From IMG/VR virus record IMGVR_UViG_3300035698_028866, positions 1 through 64,000 of that record: a DNA stretch of 64,000 nt, one strand, 5' to 3'. The translations under genes were made by a program, and so were the position numbers. Positions 50,830-58,800 of this stretch are shown one piece after another. Below the pieces are notes generated by a model. The model saw only the letters and a program-made list of their open reading frames with translations. It searched no databases and was not told where the DNA came from. The stretch's first letter is position 1. Every line of letters begins with the position of its first letter. This DNA comes from a virus.

Positions 50830-51120
50830 TCAGTTTAATCCTAAGACAGCTTCTTCAGCTGGTCCTGTAGATCCTGTAGGGTAAATAGACTCATCTTTAC
50901 GCTCCTCCTCTACAGGAATCTTCAAGTTATCATAGTCTATTCTCTCATTTTTTCCTGGAACCTCCCCAACTTCTTCTTTCAGCCTCTCAACCTCAGCTAT
51001 CAAGGCAAGGCCAATAATGCGAATGGTTGGGATCTCTATTGTTTTAAAAGGTTCATCAAGTGTTAAAAGTGCCTCTTTGAGTATAGCCAGGTTCTCTTCG
51101 GTAACGTCGAAAGCTTTCAT
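50830..51120 (-). CDS. Hypothetical protein
   Basis: 96 aa, RBS GGGAGG. Confidence 0.65.
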   Translation of the reverse strand: MKAFDVTEENLAILKEALLTLDEPFKTIEIPTIRIIGLALIAEVERLKEEVGEVPGKNERIDYDNLKIPVEEERKDESIYPTGSTGPAEEAVLGLN

Positions 51121-51234
51121 ACACCCTCCCTCTCGCAGAAGACTATCTCTGCATAGAAAAGTTAAACAGGGCCAGGAAAATGAGTAAGACTGAGAGGAGC
51201 CGGAGGACTCCTCTCACTGCACCACAGCAAAAGC

Positions 51235-52275
51235 CTAGGCTAAGCTGTCATAGTCAGGAGCAATTGTCGGACTAGCACGGAGAATACGCACGTAAGGAGT
51301 CAAAAGCTCTGCTCCATCTTTCCAAACACTGTTACCCGTAGCTATGTCTTTATGCCACCAAACAGGTGAGTATGTGGAACTAATCCTTTCTACGCCATTT
51401 GGAACTTTCCACACAAACTTAACAAAATGCGCATAAGAATGTGCGTGGACGATAGAATACACTTTGTCATTGTATGTGTAAATCCATTTTTTGCTGGACA
51501 GATAACACTTTAGGTCAACCGTGCGTGAAGGTTCTTCAGTTAACTGCCAATCCAAAGGAACATTTCGGAAGGCACACTCACGCATAGCAGGCATCATCAT
51601 CTCAATATCCTCTTTTATGATCCTGGCTATAGGCTTCTTACCAGAAATCAGATGAAAAGCCTCAGCTCTAGTCAACCTACGCACACGCAAAGCTGTGAGT
51701 TTTTCGTCCTCTGTCTCAAAATGAACAGGAACCCTCCGAAAATGTAAACTTTCACATTCAAACAGTGCACAAATAAACCTCTCGGGGAACTTTTCAACTT
51801 CATCAACACATCCAGATATCATATTGTTCCAGTTACGCGAAACATACACCCCATGCTCTCCTCCGTCAACCCACGTATCTACGGGGTAGTCTAAGTCTAC
51901 GCCCCCATGAGCTGAAGCTGCTGGACTTCTTCCGTGAGGCGTGAGGAGCTTTAAGGCATACCTGTTACGCTCTGGTTTCTCAGATTTAGCTTTAGCTAAA
52001 GCTGCAGGTTTAGACTCCGGATCGGGTACTATAATCCAGTCAAAATTCGAACTAATACCTGCGTATATGACGTCGTTTACCCACATATCTAAAACAGGAT
52101 TCCAATACTGGAATACCCCGTTTGACCAACGGTGGGGCGTAGTCCTGTCATACAGGTCTGACAAATACTCTTCCTGAGCAGGCTCATGCTCTAAGGAGCG
52201 CATCATGCACAAACCTTCCCTGGCGATCATAAGGTCAATTGCTTCTTGTCTTGTGAAACAATCTTGCTTTTGCAT
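51235..52275 (-). CDS. Mosaic protein sharing a domain with 42987..44066
   Basis: LKLLTPHGRSP...LDYPV...GGEHGVYVS...RRLT. Confidence 0.75.
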   Translation of the reverse strand: MQKQDCFTRQEAIDLMIAREGLCMMRSLEHEPAQEEYLSDLYDRTTPHRWSNGVFQYWNPVLDMWVNDVIYAGISSNFDWIIVPDPESKPAALAKAKSEKPERNRYALKLLTPHGRSPAASAHGGVDLDYPVDTWVDGGEHGVYVSRNWNNMISGCVDEVEKFPERFICALFECESLHFRRVPVHFETEDEKLTALRVRRLTRAEAFHLISGKKPIARIIKEDIEMMMPAMRECAFRNVPLDWQLTEEPSRTVDLKCYLSSKKWIYTYNDKVYSIVHAHSYAHFVKFVWKVPNGVERISSTYSPVWWHKDIATGNSVWKDGAELLTPYVRILRASPTIAPDYDSLA

Positions 52276-52293
52276 TATACTGTCCTCCTAAGC

Positions 52294-52770
52294 TTATGAA
52301 AGAAACCTATCCCAGTTTTCAGACGTCATTCGCCTGCCCTTCATAACCTGTCGTAAAGCTATCATCTCTGTGTCCTCGTCAACAACAGCAAAGAATCTTG
52401 CTCCGCAACCTAAACAATTTAGCTCAAAGCGGTAGTATCCTCCCGGCTGAAACCCAAGCTCTTCCGTTTCTAGCGGTTCTCCACAATGTGAACAAAACAT
52501 CGCCACTACCCCTCTCTTTTTTTTGTAGAACTAATTCAATTGACTAGCAGCTTGCCTTTTGAGTCTACGTTTTTTAGCTAAGGATAAATTCCTTCGCACG
52601 CGCGCTGCCTCTGCACTCTTTCTGAGACAGTTCACGCACGTCACAGCATCTCCCGTAGTTTTATCAAAAAAACCCAAACCGATACGCCTACCACAAAGAG
52701 TTTTCCAGTCGCTCTTCGAGAGATCCTCTTGATGAATAACTCCCCCTTTTTTCAGAATCCAACGTCGCAT
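52294..52770 (-). other. Two small zinc-finger genes (52294..52506, 52531..52770)
   Basis: CSHCG..CLGCG; H..TLCG..VTCVNC. Confidence 0.6.
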
Positions 52771-52791
52771 AAATCCCTCCTTAGTCGAAGT

Positions 52792-52844
52792 AAAAAAATA
52801 GGAAAGAAGATTCTCCGGGAGGACTCTCAGAGAACCTCCTTTCC
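52792..52844 (-). terminator. Intrinsic terminator / attenuator
   Basis: Long G-U-containing stem GGAAAGGAGGUUCUC...GAGAAUCUUCUUUCC followed by UAUUUUUUU. Confidence 0.65.
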
Positions 52845-52856
52845 CTTGGTGGAGGC

Positions 52857-53411
52857 CTATTCAGCTCCCTCAGGTGGATCCATTTTCAACGCCCCAGCTT
52901 CAAGCTCGGACATGCTCACACCCAGAAGAGAACTGGCAGCCGCCCAAACCTCTTTGATCTGCTTAGTGGTGGTCGCTAGCCAAACCGTATCCAGCATTGA
53001 ATCTTGTTCTCTCCGAAGCTTAAGGATACCTTTCCCCAACTCAGTCTCAGCGAGGATCGAAGGCTTTAGTGAGTTAACATTCTGTATCCTTATGGTTCGC
53101 GCGCTACTTTTGATATCATACAGCTGCTGCCTGCGAACAGAGGAAGAATCCATCCCCATGACCGTAAGTGCAATAGAATTAGTAACGTCCTGGAGGTCCC
53201 CACCTAACTTCTCTATGGTATTCTCCAACTTTAATTTTTCCTTCTCAAGAGCAGTTATTCCAAACGAATCATCTGACCTACGCGCCGCTTCCTCGTCAAC
53301 TTTTGACAAAAACGAAGGATCTTCTTTCGATATTCGATTCTTAATTTCCTTGTCAATAAAGCTGTTTATCCGACTCTTCCAATGTTCCTTCTCCGCAACG
53401 GTCATAGACAT
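52857..53411 (-). CDS. Hypothetical helical protein
   Basis: 184 aa; MTVAEKEHWK...DTVWLAT. Confidence 0.7.
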   Translation of the reverse strand: MSMTVAEKEHWKSRINSFIDKEIKNRISKEDPSFLSKVDEEAARRSDDSFGITALEKEKLKLENTIEKLGGDLQDVTNSIALTVMGMDSSSVRRQQLYDIKSSARTIRIQNVNSLKPSILAETELGKGILKLRREQDSMLDTVWLATTTKQIKEVWAAASSLLGVSMSELEAGALKMDPPEGAE

Positions 53412-53590
53412 ATTAAATCTCCCAGAAATATAGCTAACATCAAGAAAAAAAAGGAGGGAAAAAACCTAAGTTCTCCCCCTCCCCTACACAGAAAGCCCCG
53501 CTGGCCGGTGGACTCATTACGACTCAGTTGTATTCCGGCATTGCACCCAGTGTACATATCCACTGCGGCAGGTCTCAAGTTCACTCTTCA

Positions 53591-53938
53591 TCAGTTCTTT
53601 ACGGCAACTTCTGGCGTAGGTTCAGGCTGAACAGCTACCGCTGCCGTTCTAGGAACCACTTCAATCTTGGTTCCGACAACTGTGAGCCGATCCCCGTCGT
53701 CCAGCCGGAGATACGTTTGATCATCAGTTGTTCGGTTGGTCAGGATGAATACGTCTTCATCCCGCTTAACCTTGATGTCGCCGGACCAGGCCTGAGTCGT
53801 ATTTCCAGAGGCATCCTCCACTGTGACTGTTGTCACGGTCTTGGTCTTGGCCTCCTGCGCATCGTCACCTTTCTTCCAGTCACAACCCACCGACAACACC
53901 ATAAGACACATAACTGACGCGATCACTAAAGACTTCAT
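53591..53938 (-). CDS. Small lipoprotein, first gene of island A
   Basis: Lipobox MKSLVIASVMCLMVLSVG-C; RBS AAGGAGG supports start 53938. Confidence 0.75.
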   Translation of the reverse strand: MKSLVIASVMCLMVLSVGCDWKKGDDAQEAKTKTVTTVTVEDASGNTTQAWSGDIKVKRDEDVFILTNRTTDDQTYLRLDDGDRLTVVGTKIEVVPRTAAVAVQPEPTPEVAVKN

Positions 53939-54025
53939 AGTACGCCCTCCTTCTGGTTCTTGTTCTCTATTTAGATTGGGTAGAGAACTTTTCCCAAATT
54001 GACAAACACTAAAATCCCTATACAC

Positions 54026-54057
54026 TATATTATAGCACATAAGGGGGATAAATTAAG
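54026..54057 (-). promoter_or_regulatory. Island-A promoter (CTTAAT-17-TATAAT)
   Basis: CTTAAT TTATCCCCCTT ATGTGC TATAATATA; same layout as 46664..46695. Confidence 0.75.
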
Positions 54058-54080
54058 CTAGGAGCGGGGATAAGAATAGG

Positions 54081-54521
54081 CTATGAATGCTTGCTCGCCT
54101 GGATTGCTCGTTCCTGGGCTTGTGCTTCTTTCTCGCTATTATGTCGACCTAGAACCTTATTACCTAGGTGATCATAGAGAATCCACTTATCCCCTTCATG
54201 CTTGATCACGGCCGACTTCTCCATAGCCACCCTCAGAATAAGCTTGCGAAGGGGTGTTAGCTCTTCCTGTGCCAGCTTCTCAAAGCCTTCGGGAGTATCT
54301 ATCTCTTTAAGTGTTTTAGCTGCAGTTTTGACATAGTCCTCTACTGCCTCATGGAATAACGAAGCAGTCTTCTCATCCATGTCTGTGGTATCTGTGAACT
54401 TCTTGAGTCCTCGTGTGAAACCCTCTGAAATGCTAGTAGAAGTATCTGATCCTTGGAGACTGGAAGACTTCTCCATCTCGTCTAGAATGACTTTTCCTCT
54501 TTGCATAAACTTAGAGAGCAT
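54081..54521 (-). CDS. K-x-A-rich putative virion protein with small basic C-terminal domain
   Basis: KTA, KTA, KLA, KSA, then VIKHEGDKWILY..G.KVLG.H. Confidence 0.7.
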   Translation of the reverse strand: MLSKFMQRGKVILDEMEKSSSLQGSDTSTSISEGFTRGLKKFTDTTDMDEKTASLFHEAVEDYVKTAAKTLKEIDTPEGFEKLAQEELTPLRKLILRVAMEKSAVIKHEGDKWILYDHLGNKVLGRHNSEKEAQAQERAIQASKHS

Positions 54522-54756
54522 CTTCTTTCTCCGTTCTAAATCTTACCACAGGGGAAGCCTTTATGTTTAATGTCTGCTCCAGAAGCTTCTCAAAGTCTTT
54601 GTCTCCCGCAACGGCAATAGCATAGATCTTGCGATCGTCCTTCTGGAACGTGTGCATGACAACGGCGGGAGCACCTTCGTCAGTAAACCCTACAAAGTCA
54701 ACTACCTTGTCGAGTTCCTGAGAGTCTCCAGCTGTGTCTACTAACAAGAGCTTCAT
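54511..54756 (-). CDS. Hypothetical protein
   Basis: 81 aa, coupled to neighbours. Confidence 0.65.
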   Translation of the reverse strand: MKLLLVDTAGDSQELDKVVDFVGFTDEGAPAVVMHTFQKDDRKIYAIAVAGDKDFEKLLEQTLNIKASPVVRFRTEKEDAL

Positions 54757-55382
54757 GTTATGTCCTGTCCTATGTCCTGAAGAGCTCCGATAAACCTACG
54801 GGCATCTGGGTTCTCAGAACCAGGCTCCAGCTTCGGTGCTGAAGCAGACTCAGGAGGAGCTTCGCCTTGAAGCCCCGCTAACTGATCTGGAGCTCCTATA
54901 GGCATAGCCATATCAACAGGAGGAGGGCCTCCGGGATTTCCTGCAATCATTTGCATAAGATTCATAAGGCTCTCGAATTGTTCTGAAAGCCCGTCGATCC
55001 TTTCAGAGAGACGCTTTAAGTCTGCGCCTTCTCCTGCGTCTTCGCTTTTACTCTCAGGGTCAGCCTTAACGTCTCGAAGCATAGACTGCAAATCATTAAG
55101 GTCAACGAGAACCGTCCCCGCAGGAACTGTAACAGTATCCTGCTCAGGTTCAGGCATGGGTGGGCCTTCCATAGCTGCAGGATCCATTCCCATAGCTGCA
55201 GGATCCATTCCCATAGCTGTAGGATCCTGGGGAGGCATAGCCATAGCTGCAGGATCCTGAGGAGGCATTGCCTGAGCTGCAGGATCCTGAGGAGGCATTG
55301 CCTGAGCTGCAGGATCCTGAGGAGTAACAAACCCACTCTTTGCTAATATCGCGGCTAGCTTCTCTGAGGTTTCTATACGCAT
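54753..55382 (-). CDS. Met/Pro-rich low-complexity putative virion protein
   Basis: PQDPAAQAMP and MGMDPAA tandem repeats (about 55150-55325); KLA-A. Confidence 0.7.
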   Translation of the reverse strand: MRIETSEKLAAILAKSGFVTPQDPAAQAMPPQDPAAQAMPPQDPAAMAMPPQDPTAMGMDPAAMGMDPAAMEGPPMPEPEQDTVTVPAGTVLVDLNDLQSMLRDVKADPESKSEDAGEGADLKRLSERIDGLSEQFESLMNLMQMIAGNPGGPPPVDMAMPIGAPDQLAGLQGEAPPESASAPKLEPGSENPDARRFIGALQDIGQDIT

Positions 55383-55385
55383 TGA

Positions 55386-55688
55386 CTAAACTCCTGTCAT
55401 AGGCTTACCACATTTGGGACACGTCATCTCGGCACAAGGTGTTCCTCTCGTGTGAGGAGCTGTAGCACCACAAGAAGCACAGGTGCACGTATCTGTTCCT
55501 GCTATGCCTTGTGCAGGCCCGCCTACGCCCAGGCCCTTTCCTGTGGCAACTGCAACTTTCTTATGCGCAAGAGAGGACATAAGCTCCTCAACAGCTAAAT
55601 CATGAAGATAGTCCGCAGCCTTCTTCATGAGAATAGACTTGGCTAATTTACGTACAGCTTCGGTAGCGTCAGCAGCTTCCTTAGTCAT
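55386..55688 (-). CDS. K-x-A-rich protein with C-terminal Cys/His metal-binding ribbon
   Basis: KEA, KLA, KKA, KVA, then CTCASCG..PH.RG.PC....CPKCG..M. Confidence 0.75.
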   Translation of the reverse strand: MTKEAADATEAVRKLAKSILMKKAADYLHDLAVEELMSSLAHKKVAVATGKGLGVGGPAQGIAGTDTCTCASCGATAPHTRGTPCAEMTCPKCGKPMTGV

Positions 55689-55830
55689 TTTCCTGCCCTT
55701 TCATGGCTTGTGTTTTAGACTCTAAGGCGGGCCCAGCTTTACGTATCTGCACACAGTGTGACTTAAACTTCAAGTTAGCAAGAAGAACCAACCCCGCCAT
55801 TATCGATATGACAATTAAATCAGAAATCAT
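55681..55830 (-). CDS. Small membrane protein (49 aa)
   Basis: Not in the ORF track; MISDLIVISIMAGLVLLANLK...; lies between the promoter and the 55688 gene. Confidence 0.45.
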   Translation of the reverse strand: MISDLIVISIMAGLVLLANLKFKSHCVQIRKAGPALESKTQAMKGQEND

Positions 55831-55847
55831 GTTCTTAACCTGCTTTC

Positions 55848-55876
55848 ATTATAGTGTTTACGTGCTAAAGTATCAA
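55848..55876 (-). promoter_or_regulatory. Sigma70-type promoter
   Basis: TTGATA-17 nt-TATAAT; the -35 box contains the TGA stop of the RNAP gene. Confidence 0.75.
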
Positions 55877-58800
55877 GTCCCAAGAATTCTCACCGGCTGA
55901 TCCACTCGTATCTTTCCCTGTCTATAAGACTTAAGAGCGGCATCACTTGTTGCAAAGCTTCGAGCTGGACCTTTCTTGCGCCCAGAAGCAAGATACACTC
56001 CCTGAAGGAATTCTGCAAGGGGAAGATACATAACATTGAAGTCCTTCGGGTTAAAAAGGTTACGAGACGGAAGCATCTTATAGGAGTCTTTCACAGCTGC
56101 CTCTGACGCAGGCACATGAAACATCATTGTATTTGACAGGATTAGCCCTTCAATGTTCATAAATGTCTCATAACCAGGCACAGTCAAGTCATAGCCAGTT
56201 TCTTGTTTTCCTGTCTCTTCGTATCCTACTACACGATCCCATAGGATGTCTTCGTTCTGCGTCATAGCTTTGAAGTTGTTCCAATAGGAGCCTTCAACCA
56301 TAGAGTCCATTTCCTCTATGATCGCTAGCGCTATGTCCCTACGCATATGCCCTGCTGTTATTGCGCTCGACAGCCGGAAGTAAAGACTCTTCATGCCAGT
56401 ACCTGCTAGGCTACGAAGATACCTAGCGAACGCATTACTCATCGGAATAACATCCTTGTCTGAGTATTTGCGCACAGTTCCTTTCTCCAAAGCCTCCTTG
56501 TTGCTCTTACAGCAAAGATCAGGATTAAGAGTCTTAAGACCAGATGTGTAGATGTTAAGACACCAAAAAGGAAGTCCCTTTGGAGTCTTAGTGGTTGTTA
56601 CTCTTGATCCAACAGATAAGCTACGAAGCAGATTCTGTATCTCTCTAATGAGCTGTAATGACTTGCTCGTGTAGTTAGCCATAAGCTGTGGACTTTTTCT
56701 GATCTTCTCATTACACAGAGATACGGAACCGTCTGTGTCAATAAGCCCCTCTACGAGACCTAAGCGGAAATCTCTAGGTGTTAAGAGGTAGAACGAAGGC
56801 AGGTGTTTGTTTTCAGCTCCTTTACCTATAAGCCCTTCCAGGAAATCTGCAAACTCGCTGCTGCTTACGACGTATTTTTCACTCTTTCCATATGAAGTCT
56901 GCCCTGACACAATGTGACCAACATGGGGATCGTCCTTAAACACAGCAGCTAAAGACTCTTTGAACCGCTCCACAATACCTGGTTGCAGTGCAGAAAAACA
57001 TACCGAGCCATTCAACTGGCCATTATGATAGGTATTCCAACCGTCACCTATTAGGGCACCAAGCAAGTAACCAAACTGCCTGTCAAGAGCAACTGTCTCA
57101 CGCAGCCTGTTGTTGTGGCCAGTAGGAATCTCTGTTATCGCTACTGGAAGCTCTGAAGCACCCTGAGCTCTTGGGACATACATTCCTACAGCTTCAGCCG
57201 GACGAAAGCGATTCATCTGATAATCAGCAGGGTCTAATCCGTATACAGCTCTTGGGTCGTCATCGCTGAATATCTGTCTTCCGGAGGCTAAGTTGATTAG
57301 AACTATCTCTTTGTCTTCATGCACAGACCAATGGGAGACAGCGGCCAAAACAACCTTCTTGGCTTTCTCATCATAGGCTAAGACCTTTGTGCCATTAACA
57401 GCCTCGTACAGGGTAATGTGTTCCTTCTGTCCGACTGGTTTCTCCCGATGAGGAAAGTCCTTCAAATCACAGTAGAAGAAAGTATGTCCCTTTGCCCCAA
57501 ACAGTCCTGTCTTAAATCGTGCTGCCATCTTTGCGTCTCCAGAAAAAGGTTTAGTGTCTGAAGACGTATTAGAACCAATCTTGTTGGGCAAATCAAGGCC
57601 AATTTCGACAATACCATCATTTTTGGAAATAAATACACTAAGCTCGCTATTTTTGGTTTGTAGTAAGTCGTTATCAGCAGCGAAGATAACACTACCAATC
57701 TGTTTATCTCCGTCAAAATCTCCACCGATCGCTTTCGTAATAGCTGGTGGGATTTCCAAAGTCTCCCCTTTAGTAAGAAGAGGAAAGGCAGACATCATAC
57801 CAAACTTGTGAAGTGTAGGTGCTCGGTTGATGATGACGGGGCGCTCCTTTATAACCCTCAAGAGTGCGCTTCGAGCCTGTTTAGATTTCTCCTCTACCTC
57901 TTTTGTCGCTGTGGTTGGAGCTATCCCTGTTCGAACCAGCTCGCGCAGAATAAACGGTCTATAGACTTTCCATGCGGTTCTCTCAGGGAGGCCCACCTGA
58001 TCAATTGTTAAGTTGCTATTGGGAGTAATTACTGCTAAACCTGACGTATCGACGGAACGCCCAAGGATTCTCCCCTGAATAATAGAGAACTTGGGAGAGC
58101 TTCCGAAAATAGAATGAAGGATTCCTTTCAGCTGCTTGTCCTGGGACTCTTTGCTAATAGGATCTCCAAATCCCATGATAGCCTTCACCCCATCATAGAT
58201 CTGAGACTTGGCTTTTTCCAGCTGATCCTCGGGGACTTCTCCCTTACTATCATTGTATTCCTTGACCAGATCGAATAGGTCCTTGTAGAGGTAGTTAACA
58301 TCGCTGATAACCGGAGTCCCTCTAACCTGCGTAATAGGACGTGCTGCTGGAGGAAGGACAGGAACTTTGGATAGCATGAGCTCTTCAGGAGCTATATCAT
58401 ATTTATCGAGTACCTGAAGGAACTTGAGCTCCTGAGCAGCCTTGTTCTTTTTGCTCACAGGGAGAGAGTCTATTCCATGACGAAGTTCAGTAAGTCTCTT
58501 TTTAACGTTCAGGTTCTTGAGAGCTTTGTAGAGTGCTCCTGGTCCACTTTGTCCGCGGAGCTCTTCCTTTCCTATAAAGACATTCTTCACGTCCTTTATC
58601 TTAAGGCCAAGAAGAACCGCAATAGGTTTTTCTATCGAAGGATTGGGGACAGGCATAGGAAGATTTATATGCCCCCAACGATCCCCACTGGCTCCACCCA
58701 GAGTAGGAGACATAAAGCCTCCCTCTACAGGCTTGAGGGTCTTCTGATCGAGCATGAGGGAGTTCACAATGGCTCCCGAAGAGACCGACTCAGTATCCTT

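Noticed and set aside
53500-53600. Possible hammerhead ribozyme (CUGAUGA at the lipoprotein stop codon)
   Set aside because: No GAAA core or supporting stems found downstream
56131-57705. Assignment of the DFDGD intein to class 3
   Set aside because: Block F position 4 is Asp rather than Cys, and the W-C-T signature is not evident
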